IMG/VR virus record: IMGVR_UViG_3300017678_000008
Location: 3,792-67,791 of that record
Length of the DNA stretch: 64,000 nucleotides
Reading direction: 5' to 3' (one strand)
Source of the DNA: a virus
Below the pieces are notes generated by a model. It worked only from the letters and a program-made list of their open reading frames with translations. It had not been told where the DNA came from and ran no database searches. Shown piece after piece: positions 26,401-34,791 of this stretch. The translations under genes and the position numbers were made by a program. Position 1 is the first letter of the stretch; every line of letters begins with the position of its first letter.

Positions 26401-29400
26401 TACGATGACGTGCTGGCCACGGCCATCAAGCGTGAGTTCGGCAGCGGGGCGGAGGACACTCGCACCCCGAGTGACATTCTGAAGGATGCTCAGGACGCCG
26501 CCGAGTGGGCTTACAACGAGCGCATGATCCGCGAGGATTACCGCGCGAACTTCTACGCCGAGGCCGTCCAGGCCAAAGACGTCACCAGCCAATGGGGCAG
26601 TGTCCGCTGGTACCGTCAACCGGACGGGAAATGGCGAAGCGACGCCCGGCACCACATCTACGCCGTCGATCAGCGCCAGATACCCGAGCACATCCGCGAG
26701 GCCGTCGTGGATTGGGCCACCCGGTTCTATAACGACCCCGAGTACTACGGCGACCCGGGCAACACGAGCGGAAAAGGTCAGCCCATCCGCCCGCGCCGCA
26801 TGAGCGAGATCGTAGCGGAGGGTGAGGACATTCCGTACCCGGTGTACGAAGCGTGGCTCGAAACCATTGCGCCGGCGGATCTCGATGATGGCCCGCTATA
26901 TCAGGCCGCCGATGGCCCGAACGTGGCCGACCTGGCCCTCGTCGCCGCCAAGCGAATCGCGGAGGGCATGGCCGAGGAGACCGTCGTCCGGATGCTCGTG
27001 CGTGACTTCAAGCAGAAGCCAGGCCGCGCCGCCCTGATCTACCGCCGGGCGCACGAAGAGCTGGCTCGCCCCGACATCGATCGCGTGTACCGTGAAACCG
27101 GGAGCCGCGCCGCCGTGGCGCAAATGCTCGAGCAAAATCACCCGCGAGTAGTCAAGTCACGGTATGCGACGATCATCCGCGAGACTCTCACCGCCATGGG
27201 CGAAGGCGAGCTCAATGAAGTCCGCCGCGTAGTAGACCAAGCTTTCGAGGCCAACCTGCCCGAAAAAGCCGCGCCGGTGGCCGAGGCCATCATGCGTGGC
27301 GACCGCGCCGCCGTGGACGAGCAGCTCCAGGCCGGGAACGTATCGGGACGCCAGCGCCAAAGGATCCTCAGCACGGCCCGCCAGCAAGTGGCCGAAACGA
27401 TCGCGCCGCTTGAGTGGGAAGCCAGCCCCAGCCTCGACCGCGTGGCGAGTGTGATGGCCAAGCGCCTGGGCGTGTCCGAGCCTCAAGCGATGGAACTCAC
27501 CCGGGCCGCCCTCGATAGCGCCGGGGTGGACTACACCGCCGAGCTCAAGCGCCAGGCCAAGCAATGGCTTGAGAATGAACTCGAGCCCGCCGTCGGCCTG
27601 GTCTGGGAGCAGATGCAAAGGGGTTACACCTTTGACGAAGCCTTCTCAAATGGCAAGTTTGGCCGGGCCGCAGGGCGTGAAGCCGTTCGCGCGAAGATCA
27701 TGCAACTTGAGTCGTATGACCGGATCGCCGAGGTCTACAACGAGACGAGCAGCTTCGGGGCCGTGAAGGACGTCATGCGCCAGGAGTTCGCGTTCATTCC
27801 GGCAGCGCTTTACCGAGAGGTCTTCCAGAAGGCCCTGGCCGCCAACGGGATCGAAGTGGCCACCGCACCGCTCAAGAAGCTCAACCCGGTCACCAAGCGC
27901 AGGGAAGTCGTCGAAGGAAAGCGGGTCGTGGTCATCGGGGCCAACGAGGTCGTGGTCCCGCAGAGCATCGTCCAGGATATCAAGTTCTTTAAGGAGCGCC
28001 ACCCGTTTGATGGCGGCATGTTCTGGAACGAAGGCCGGTACGTCGAGCGGATCACAGACCGAAACGAGACCGCATACCGCTGGATCGTCGAGCACCGAGA
28101 AAGGGCCGTCACCGACTACACAACCGACATTGAGCGATGGCGAAACGAGCTCAAAGCCGTCTACGGGAAGCGAGTCGATGACAAGAAGTTCCGCCAGCTC
28201 GTGATGGACTGGGCGGAGAACAAGATGGCCAGAGAGGACGGCCTGCTCACGGAAGGGGTGGAGTTCAAGGGCCAGATCATCGAAGACGTCCGGAGCATCA
28301 TCCGCAACCAGTATCCGGACCTGTGGCAAGAAGTGGAGCGGGTGGCCGAGTGGCACCGCGCCACCTATGACCTGCTGCTCGATCGCCAGAACGAAGTGCG
28401 ACGCAACTACGGCATGGGCGAGATCCCGCGCCGCAATGACTACATGGCCCACATCCAGGAAGAGGCGACAGCGATCCAGAAGATCCTGCAATTCCAGGAG
28501 TACAACGGCGGATGGCTACCCATCGGCGCGCGCCGAAACACGCCATACAACCAGCACGCCAAGCAACGAAAAGGCCAGCGAAGCCGACGGGATAGCCTCG
28601 CCAACACCGAGGACTACATCGATTCAGCCCTGCGCACCATCCACTTCACGGACGCCGCGATCCGAAGGCGCACCCTCGCGAAGGTGCTCCAGGAAAGCGA
28701 GTACGCCGAGTATCTCGGCAAAGTGATCCAGTACTTCCAAAACCAGGCCAACGAGCTCGTGGGCCAGCCGGTGGAAGGGTCCGACGCCGTGGCGCGTGTG
28801 GCCGCCGGGAAGCTTTGGGATGGCATTGTGGAAGCCGTTCGATGGACCAGCAAGCGCACGGCGCTCAATGGCCTCGTGGGGAATCTGCGCACGGCCGTCA
28901 TGCAAACAGGGAGTTTGCCGCAGGTGGTCACGATCGCCGGGACGAACAACGTGGGGGCGGCCGCCATGATGCGCATGCAAATCGCGCGGGGGTTACTGCC
29001 TGACCCGGTGGAGGAAAGCCTCTTCATGAAGCGCCGATATGGCTACTCCGGACGACTCTCGCAAACCAAGTGGGACAAGGCCATCCAGATCGGGGCTAAG
29101 CCCATGGAGATCATCGAGAAGGAAGTCGCGGAAATCGTATGGACCGCCTTCCACTTGCAAGCGAACCGTGAAGGACTGAGCTTCGATGAGTCCGTTAAGT
29201 ATGCCGACAAGATGGCAGACCGGACCCTCGGTGGCCGTGCGATCGGCGAGAAGCCTTACCTCTTCAACACCGACGCAGGGCGTGTGTTCTTCCAGTTCCA
29301 GCTGGAAGTCAATAACATGGTGCTGCTCGCCCGGCATGATGCCAAGTGGAACGAACTCACCGGGCGAAATGCCACGCCCGCCGAACGGTGGAAGCGGGCC

Positions 29401-29997
29401 GCGACTTACACCGTGGCCGCCTACATCGCGAACTCGCTCTACTACGAGGCCTTTGGTGACCGTCCACTTCCGGATCCGATTGACCTAGCCTTCGACCTCA
29501 ATGGCATCGCCACGAAGAACTCGAAAGACAACGATTACGAGCGGGCTTACAAGGTAGGCGGCCGCATCATGGGCGAGATCGTCAGCTCACTTCCGGGCGG
29601 CACCGCCATGATCGGGGCCGTGCTGGATGAGCAGGCGCCGGTGCTTGGCACCGGGCTCACGCGAGAGGAGTTCTTGGGGCGAACGCCGGCCGGCATGTAT
29701 GCGGGCACCTTGCCCACCAGTAGCGCCCTTCGAAACGCCCTCAAGGGTGAAACGATGGGAGATCTGGCCTGGAACCTCACGACCACTTTGGGCCTGCCCT
29801 TCGGGGGCCGACAGCTCAACAAGACAGCCACTGGCATCGAGGCCCTTGCCAATGGCGGCACCGTAACGGACAAGCAAGGCCGTGAACGGTACACGATCGA
29901 GGGTCTCGTGGATGAAGCCCGCGCCCTCCTCTTTGGCCCCAACGCCACCAAGGCCGCGCAGAGCTACTACGACAAGCAGGCCGGAGGCCAAGACTAA
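23434..29997 (+). CDS. Giant ejection / polyvalent protein with HExxH zincin domain
   Basis: 2187 aa; STAIHELGH...EEKFA; homologue 56153-64000. Confidence 0.8.
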   Translation: MSTPGFSSWQHYLGGAGTPSQSGSVSGPVQGFTSWQEYQQAGAAAPIAPAATVWDRLKLKPSQLPDDHARRMAAAAKFAPDSAERLMAMADMAVVGFPTFGEESYSYPGRELLREVVRYRGPQLAAALPGVIRKVATEFGQEPSIVEARMQTLGLDTAEAAAQEAMSGRAFTDILGFSYAEQVLPIARQGALMAVQRLQGTYDPATFDEGVSEMEERIASDGNQRALQMAANLGLYILPFGPKSGPMKILSGRPQAGVGANPLQNPNIFGGVEAVRFMGRIAEDGFGGAIVGELQDMGNAINPFAEDLAPSERFARVALAAMAVAGLTSGAADVRQVAREITNDVAARAPGRLGANMQRNLRASALTSVMEDALARTDMPVAEAPTPPPTAYDSPVKQAPSTVDFSVMKPGDHARLRRNFDLAMDDMPARDLVAWSALSRPFDEVTGVDLSSIRVIDVDAPPRQVAAADDMLDEAAPKSFADAAQEAEQRLKESGLAANEDYIHLDQVKAQTAHLKRLTFAREISSAEDMRQALVDSWGMEAKPAKAAAELWDARAQAWAEETGRPVTEWYSTRIASVGRAGDTAGRADEMIIEGSTVRFTYEGQYYQGKIGPKANGPLQRFGRIPVIMDDGSTWVMPLGNITDGVPDAVRVRHAHLETAKPLHQDGDAPALTAVHTTSAESLEALATVGRVEKPSLEVPNFEGEYSPRWTRDTHLVFDPEATIDRGPARAVQADAVRRDDGQESYRFDPTDSGPVAARDIRAIVVPDDARQAVPQALLDEGARVYTYDPATQGDRQRVLAQAETEVNALYQAEQTAKAAIWFDRNGKAILRAMKNPDVSTAIHELGHVLRRDAYRDGGISVQEQAALEKWAGVKDGKWTEAAEEKFARAFERYVRNGKAPARELRGLFERLKKMLKRIYVELTGSPIDVEISPEVQSVFDNLLGKRAADERARLGALEEEAERMMIQRRDELLSIMPDDDRLDIWADEYDDVLATAIKREFGSGAEDTRTPSDILKDAQDAAEWAYNERMIREDYRANFYAEAVQAKDVTSQWGSVRWYRQPDGKWRSDARHHIYAVDQRQIPEHIREAVVDWATRFYNDPEYYGDPGNTSGKGQPIRPRRMSEIVAEGEDIPYPVYEAWLETIAPADLDDGPLYQAADGPNVADLALVAAKRIAEGMAEETVVRMLVRDFKQKPGRAALIYRRAHEELARPDIDRVYRETGSRAAVAQMLEQNHPRVVKSRYATIIRETLTAMGEGELNEVRRVVDQAFEANLPEKAAPVAEAIMRGDRAAVDEQLQAGNVSGRQRQRILSTARQQVAETIAPLEWEASPSLDRVASVMAKRLGVSEPQAMELTRAALDSAGVDYTAELKRQAKQWLENELEPAVGLVWEQMQRGYTFDEAFSNGKFGRAAGREAVRAKIMQLESYDRIAEVYNETSSFGAVKDVMRQEFAFIPAALYREVFQKALAANGIEVATAPLKKLNPVTKRREVVEGKRVVVIGANEVVVPQSIVQDIKFFKERHPFDGGMFWNEGRYVERITDRNETAYRWIVEHRERAVTDYTTDIERWRNELKAVYGKRVDDKKFRQLVMDWAENKMAREDGLLTEGVEFKGQIIEDVRSIIRNQYPDLWQEVERVAEWHRATYDLLLDRQNEVRRNYGMGEIPRRNDYMAHIQEEATAIQKILQFQEYNGGWLPIGARRNTPYNQHAKQRKGQRSRRDSLANTEDYIDSALRTIHFTDAAIRRRTLAKVLQESEYAEYLGKVIQYFQNQANELVGQPVEGSDAVARVAAGKLWDGIVEAVRWTSKRTALNGLVGNLRTAVMQTGSLPQVVTIAGTNNVGAAAMMRMQIARGLLPDPVEESLFMKRRYGYSGRLSQTKWDKAIQIGAKPMEIIEKEVAEIVWTAFHLQANREGLSFDESVKYADKMADRTLGGRAIGEKPYLFNTDAGRVFFQFQLEVNNMVLLARHDAKWNELTGRNATPAERWKRAATYTVAAYIANSLYYEAFGDRPLPDPIDLAFDLNGIATKNSKDNDYERAYKVGGRIMGEIVSSLPGGTAMIGAVLDEQAPVLGTGLTREEFLGRTPAGMYAGTLPTSSALRNALKGETMGDLAWNLTTTLGLPFGGRQLNKTATGIEALANGGTVTDKQGRERYTIEGLVDEARALLFGPNATKAAQSYYDKQAGGQD

Positions 29998-30013
29998 ACC
30001 CATTGAAACACGT

Positions 30014-31129
30014 ATGATCCTTCAACACGCTGGCCTCCTCAATCCGGGCCAATTCAGCCGTATCGCCGTCGTCGGTGACAGCACCGCCTCAGACACCGGG
30101 GATCGCTTTATCCCGTATCTCAAAAGGTGCCTCGCCGCCCTAGGCTTCGACGCCGATTTCATTGGCGCTCAGAATCCCGTGGTGAACGCCATGGCCAACG
30201 TGGTCGGGCGCGATGACGAGAAGACCGCCTATGGTGGCCAGGACGCCAGCGCCATTGCGGCCAGCCTAAGAACGGACTTCCCGGCCGTTGTCGCTGCGGA
30301 TGGCCCCCCGGACATCGTGATCCTAGCCGGGAACTACAACGGCACCGGCACCCTTGCCGAGCAGCAAGCCGAGTGGGTCACGCTTTACAATCAGATCCGC
30401 ACCCTTTGCGCTCCGTCTCAGCCCTACATCGTCAGCCTCGGTCGAGCGCTCCAGGGCGGCGCGTTCGACGGCACCCAGGAAACGAACAATCAAGCCCAGT
30501 ACAAAGCCCTCCACCAAGTGAGGGCGGCCAGCCAAGCAGTGAAACTGGACCCGAAGCTCGTGATGGCCCCGCTCTACACGTACAGCTCTTGGCCGCCTGA
30601 CGATCGCCAGACCACAGATAACACGCACCCCGGCCCGCAGATGGCGGCATACCAGGCGATCGTGGCCGCCAGTTCCCTTACTGGATACCCGGCCACGTAC
30701 ATCGAAGAGCTCGTCGGCGGCCCCGTTGGGCTTGTTAATGGCTTCGGTGGCATTGGAGCCCTTTGGTGCCTGGCATCCACTACCGGCACTTCAACCGTCC
30801 GAATTGCAGCGTACGACCGATACGGCCGCATGGGAGGACGAGGCACAGCCAACGCCAACACGCAGGGCACGTTTGAGATCTCCGGCATCAACACAACGGG
30901 GAACACCATCCGTCAGCTGCTAGGAGGTAACTTCGAGGCAAGCATGGTCCGATTCCGTTTGCTCGAGGTGGTGTCCGGAACGAATCCCATCTATGCGTGG
31001 CCGGGCGGATCAATCGATGGCACGGCAATTCAGGTGCCCGTAGGCGCAGTCACGCCAGATGTTTATGCAGTCGGCAACTATCGCAACCATACGGAGACTG
31101 TGATAAAGCCGCAGGTCTGGTTCGGCTAA
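30014..31129 (+). CDS. SGNH/GDSL hydrolase-domain protein (candidate receptor-binding esterase)
   Basis: VVGDST (block I), GNYN (block III), DNTHP (block V DxxH); beta-rich C-terminal domain; last late gene. Confidence 0.72.
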   Translation: MILQHAGLLNPGQFSRIAVVGDSTASDTGDRFIPYLKRCLAALGFDADFIGAQNPVVNAMANVVGRDDEKTAYGGQDASAIAASLRTDFPAVVAADGPPDIVILAGNYNGTGTLAEQQAEWVTLYNQIRTLCAPSQPYIVSLGRALQGGAFDGTQETNNQAQYKALHQVRAASQAVKLDPKLVMAPLYTYSSWPPDDRQTTDNTHPGPQMAAYQAIVAASSLTGYPATYIEELVGGPVGLVNGFGGIGALWCLASTTGTSTVRIAAYDRYGRMGGRGTANANTQGTFEISGINTTGNTIRQLLGGNFEASMVRFRLLEVVSGTNPIYAWPGGSIDGTAIQVPVGAVTPDVYAVGNYRNHTETVIKPQVWFG

Positions 31130-31167
31130 AATGTGAGCCCCAAAATGTGAGCCCTTCGGGGCTCACA
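31128..31167. terminator. Repeat/hairpin in the att arm
   Basis: AAAATGTGAGCCC twice in direct orientation, plus hairpin TGTGAGCCC-TTCG-GGGCTCACA followed by TTTT on the minus strand. Confidence 0.6.
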
Positions 31168-31241
31168 AGGGGTGACCAGAACCCTCGCCACGTGACCATG
31201 CGTACTCGACACTTGAACCAGAACTGGCAACGTCCCTGCAA

Positions 31242-31285
31242 TGACACTGTAGGGGTCACAGGTTCAAATCCTGTACCGCCCACCA
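31242..31285 (+). other. att core: 3' fragment of tRNA-Val(GAC)
   Basis: TGACAC-TGTAG-GGGTC-ACAGG-TTCAAAT-CCTGT-ACCGCCC-ACCA (anticodon loop to CCA); no D arm or 5' acceptor strand upstream; adjacent to the int stop codon. Confidence 0.88.
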
Positions 31286-31306
31286 CCTTCAAATGAACCT
31301 ACGGAT

Positions 31307-32419
31307 TTAGGCCGAATCCTTCCCCGTTTGGTCATTGTGCCCCCTATCTTGGCCCCCTATCTCACCAGGCACCACCGCCGACAGCATCGCCGAGAGGGCC
31401 GCCTGCTGCACGGCCGCCCGACTTTGGGCATAGACGCCGAGCGTGGTGCGGACCGACGAGTGCCTGGCCATCGCCATGACCGTGGCAATATCGGCGCCCG
31501 ACTCGACAAGCAGGGAGACGTAGGTGCCCCGGAGATCGTGCAGCCGCACCGAGTCAGGCAGGCCGTGAGCGCGTAGCCTGGCGCGGACATTGCGCGTAAT
31601 GTTCCGAGGCGACAGCGGCCGCCCTGATTTAGTGGTGAACACGAAGCTGGACCGACGAGGCTGCGCATCAATGGCCTGGCGCGCCAGGTCAGCCAGTGGT
31701 ACAGGCGCCAGACTGGCCGCATTCTTGGTGCCCGGCACCAGCAGCCTATCGCCCTGGACGTGGTGCCATTCAAGCCGAGCCAGCTCACCGCGCCGCATGC
31801 CCGTCAGCACCAGCACCACGATGATGCAGGCCGTCCTATCGCCCACCACCAAGAGCTGGCGCAGCTCATCCGGGCCGAGGGTGCGATTCTGGCGCCGCCG
31901 CGTGGCCGGCAGGAGGACGCCCGCCATCGGGTCGTGATCGAGATACCCGTGCTGCCTGGCCACCGTGAGCGCCCGACGCAGGTAGGCCACCACCCGGTGG
32001 ACGCTGGACGGCGCCAGCGCGCCGGCCGGCACATAATCCCCTACGATCGTAGAGAACTCATGCCGCTGCAGACCGTCCACCCAGCGCTGCAGCGCCGGCA
32101 GCGTGAGCTGAGTCAGCCGGGTGCGATACAGCGGGTGGCCAAACAGGTGGCGCAGCCGGTACGTCTCATTGAGATCAAAGGTGCCGGCCGCAAGCCGGTG
32201 CGAATGATCATCCCGGTACAGCACCAGCCAATCGCCAAGAGTGAGAGCGCGCCCCGGAACCGAGCGCGTGGGCTGCTGGCGCAGCCGAGTGAGATCCTGC
32301 TCAGCTTCCCTGAACGTCTCGCGACGAGGCCCGAACACGTCCGTGCCCGCCACCCTGACGCGCGCGCGAAACCCGCCCCGAAACGGGCGGATGCTCCCCG
32401 CTCCCTTCGGCCGTCTCAT
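31307..32419 (-). CDS. int: Tyrosine integrase
   Basis: TGMRRGEL, TKN, HDLR, ARHSS, TLGVY catalytic motifs; N-terminal RRPKGAGSIR arm-binding domain. Confidence 0.95.
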   Translation of the reverse strand: MRRPKGAGSIRPFRGGFRARVRVAGTDVFGPRRETFREAEQDLTRLRQQPTRSVPGRALTLGDWLVLYRDDHSHRLAAGTFDLNETYRLRHLFGHPLYRTRLTQLTLPALQRWVDGLQRHEFSTIVGDYVPAGALAPSSVHRVVAYLRRALTVARQHGYLDHDPMAGVLLPATRRRQNRTLGPDELRQLLVVGDRTACIIVVLVLTGMRRGELARLEWHHVQGDRLLVPGTKNAASLAPVPLADLARQAIDAQPRRSSFVFTTKSGRPLSPRNITRNVRARLRAHGLPDSVRLHDLRGTYVSLLVESGADIATVMAMARHSSVRTTLGVYAQSRAAVQQAALSAMLSAVVPGEIGGQDRGHNDQTGKDSA

Positions 32420-32624
32420 CGGGCGCCCAGCCAATCAGCTGCAGGGGATTGACCCACCAAGAGCCATCTGGTCCTTTGAACGCGCCGGGAATCTTGCCGA
32501 GCTGCGCCCATCGCCGGGCCTGCTCCGAGGAAGTGCCCCAGAGCGCCGCATACTCGGCAACCGGGCGCGGGATAAGCGCATCGGGATTCTGCAGCGCGAT
32601 GGTCACGGACACCGGGCGGGACAT
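32301..32624 (-). CDS. Excisionase-like winged-helix protein
   Basis: VAEYAALWGTSSEQARRWAQLGKIPGAFK...WWV; overlaps the int start; TGtCATACT 7 nt before ATG. Confidence 0.72.
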   Translation of the reverse strand: MSRPVSVTIALQNPDALIPRPVAEYAALWGTSSEQARRWAQLGKIPGAFKGPDGSWWVNPLQLIGWAPDETAEGSGEHPPVSGRVSRARQGGGHGRVRASSRDVQGS

Positions 32625-32676
32625 GCCGGCGAGTATGACACGAAAGGAGTAGCGAAATGCGCGGGTGTATCACGAT

Positions 32677-33246
32677 TCAGGCAGGACCAACGCCCCAAGC
32701 GCGCGCCATACGCTGGCCTATCTGAACCAGCCGGCGCTGCTGCGAATCGAGGGACCGATACGTGGCCGTGGCGCCCAGGCCGCGCTCGTAATGGGACAGC
32801 TCACCCAGCACTTCGCCGGCCGTGGCCACCCAGTCGCAAGCCAGGCGCCGCGTGAGCTGGTCATCACCAGACGCATCGAGCGCCGTGGCCACCGAATCAA
32901 GCGCATCAACAAGGGACAAGCAGGCGCTGGTGAACTCAGTCCGTTCATCATCGAGCGCGTAGCCGGCCGGCCGTTCGCGAAGGGTAGACGAAGCTGCAGC
33001 CGCCAGGTGGCGAGGGTGCGGAACCGGCCGGGCAGGGTCCGCGAACCAACCCGCATCTACGTCATAGCCGTGAGTGCGGGCCAGCTCGATCATGCGCGTG
33101 ACCGTCTCCCGCGAGGGGTTGTATCTCCCGCTGGTTCGGTTGTAATTGCGAATGGCGTACTCAGTCACCCCCAGCAATGGGCCGAGCTTCGCCGGTTTAT
33201 ATCCCATTTGACGGCCCAACTCTATCAATTTCTGCCCGGGTGACAT
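32677..33246 (-). CDS. HTH phage repressor (CI-like)
   Basis: LGPLLGVTEYAIRNY....YNPSRET XRE-type HTH; divergent from the early operon; homologue 1-334. Confidence 0.75.
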   Translation of the reverse strand: MSPGQKLIELGRQMGYKPAKLGPLLGVTEYAIRNYNRTSGRYNPSRETVTRMIELARTHGYDVDAGWFADPARPVPHPRHLAAAASSTLRERPAGYALDDERTEFTSACLSLVDALDSVATALDASGDDQLTRRLACDWVATAGEVLGELSHYERGLGATATYRSLDSQQRRLVQIGQRMARAWGVGPA

Positions 33247-33253
33247 GACAACC

Positions 33254-33323
33254 CTACTATGGCAGGTAAACAAATGTTTACTACTTGACAAAACTACTAG
33301 TATCGTGACACTATCGGGACGCC
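33254..33323. promoter_or_regulatory. Divergent early promoter/operator region
   Basis: TTGACA at 33285-33290; palindrome TAAACA-AA-TGTTTA at 33267-33280; CTACT three times. Confidence 0.6.
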
Positions 33324-33536
33324 ATGACAAACAAGAAGCTGGCCCCTACATCTGTGGAGAACATTCGCACCCTGGTCCTCAGTGGTGCCATCGGCGACCT
33401 GAAGCTAATCACCACCGGGAACAGCCCCGACGACCGCCTGGCCATTCTCGCCCGGTTTGAAAGAGCCACCGCGATGGTGAACTGGGACAAGCTGCAGAGC
33501 GAGCTGGCCGCCATCCTGCAGGGGGCGCAATCGTGA
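33324..33536 (+). CDS. First early protein
   Basis: Homologue of 409-621. Confidence 0.78.
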   Translation: MTNKKLAPTSVENIRTLVLSGAIGDLKLITTGNSPDDRLAILARFERATAMVNWDKLQSELAAILQGAQS

Positions 33537-33769
33537 ACGTTCGCGCATTGAGCGCCCGCGCCGCCGCGATCATCAAGCTGGCCGAGCAACTGAAGGCGCA
33601 AATCGAGGGCCTTCGCGATGACGCCCAGGGCTGGATGGATGACTGTTCAGAGAAGTGGCAGGAATCCGACGCCTGCACCGAGTGGGAGGAGCGCGTCAGC
33701 ACGCTGGAGTCTGCGATGGATGAAGTGGACGAATTGGTGGAGTACCTGCAGGAGCTGGTGCAGCAATGA
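33533..33769 (+). CDS. Acidic helical protein (B-specific)
   Basis: GTGA overlap; D/E-rich, SEKWQESD motif. Confidence 0.7.
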   Translation: MNVRALSARAAAIIKLAEQLKAQIEGLRDDAQGWMDDCSEKWQESDACTEWEERVSTLESAMDEVDELVEYLQELVQQ

Positions 33770-33954
33770 CCGCCACCCAAGTCGGCACCGCCCTGGTGCT
33801 GCTGGCCATCATCGGCCTGGCCCTGGCCTTTACCCAGATCGAGACGCTACCGCGCAGCGCACCCCGCGCCCGCCAGGCCGCAATGGCCAGCATGCTGGTG
33901 TACGCCGCCCTGGCCGCGCTGGCCCTGATTCAACTCGGGAAGGTGGGCGCGTGA
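33766..33954 (+). CDS. Small 2-TM membrane protein
   Basis: Homologue of 618-806. Confidence 0.75.
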   Translation: MTATQVGTALVLLAIIGLALAFTQIETLPRSAPRARQAAMASMLVYAALAALALIQLGKVGA

Positions 33955-34355
33955 GGGAACTAACCCAGCGCGAAATCGTGGCCATCGAGCAGCTGCAAGA
34001 CTTGGCCAAGCGCTGGCCCGACACGCTCACGATTATGGCCGTGGCTGGAGTGGTGCACGTGCTCGACAAGCACGAAGCGATGCAAGGCATGGGCGGAGAG
34101 GACACGGTGGGAGCCGTGCCCATCTTCGGATTTTCGACCATGGAACGCGCCCCTATGGGCGACCACCTAGCGAGAGCCTGGTGGATTCTGGGAATGGATG
34201 ACGACGGCCTATCTCAGCTGAAGCACATGCCGAGAAACCAGCCCCTGCCGGAGCACCTGCGACCGTTCGCAGTGGCCTCGATTTTCCTCCCAGAACAACT
34301 GGAGCCCCTGGACGTTCGCATGGGCCTCCCGACAAATCCGGAGGCGCAAGCCTGA
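33951..34355 (+). CDS. Hypothetical protein (B-specific)
   Basis: GTGA overlap; occupies the slot of 806-1057. Confidence 0.65.
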   Translation: MRELTQREIVAIEQLQDLAKRWPDTLTIMAVAGVVHVLDKHEAMQGMGGEDTVGAVPIFGFSTMERAPMGDHLARAWWILGMDDDGLSQLKHMPRNQPLPEHLRPFAVASIFLPEQLEPLDVRMGLPTNPEAQA

Positions 34356-34565
34356 TGCACGGCATCACTGGCCATGTTCGACGTGGCCGCGCCCGCACCT
34401 ACCGCGAGGGCGTACGGCACGGCGCCGCCATGACCCTGGCCGGCCTGGCCCTAATGGTGGCCGCGTACTTCACCCTGGCCTACGGCCTGGACCGCCAGCA
34501 CGAGCTGGACGCCGCCAAGTGGGAACGCAATGAGCGCCTAGCCGCCGAGTGGGGTGGCCGGTAAT
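34355..34565 (+). CDS. Small single-TM protein
   Basis: Near-identical to 1057-1266. Confidence 0.8.
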
Positions 34566-34791
34566 GGGGCGCAAACTCACGCGGGACGAAATCAATCGGC
34601 GACAGGCGAAGGCCATAGTGACCGCTCAGCGCAAGGGGTGGGACGCTTATGCGTGGTGGCAAGCTAACCCTGAAAAGCGATTTAGGCCGCGCAACCCATA
34701 CGGAATGAGCATGGCCCGCAATGACTGGGCGCGTGGGTTTCAGATGGCCGAGAAAGGGCTACCGCGCCCCGAATACAAGGAGGCCAAATGA
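34564..34791 (+). CDS. Rmf/CrpP-like small protein
   Basis: A.RKGWDA...NPY....RNDWARGF..A matches the Rmf pattern A..RGY.A...CPY....R..W..GW..A. Confidence 0.55.
   Translation: MGRKLTRDEINRRQAKAIVTAQRKGWDAYAWWQANPEKRFRPRNPYGMSMARNDWARGFQMAEKGLPRPEYKEAK

Larger units (their letters stand above)
1..31285 (+). mobile_element. Prophage A (podovirus-type temperate phage; left end outside window)
   Basis: Contiguous repressor, early, replication, lysis, packaging, head, tail and ejection modules ending at a tRNA-Val 3' fragment; gene-for-gene synteny with prophage B. Confidence 0.92.

Noticed and set aside
30014-31129. Diversity-generating retroelement target
   Set aside because: No reverse transcriptase and no TR/VR repeat pair seen in the window.
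31200-31285. Intact tRNA-Val gene
   Set aside because: No 5' acceptor strand or D arm upstream of the anticodon arm; it is the att duplicate.
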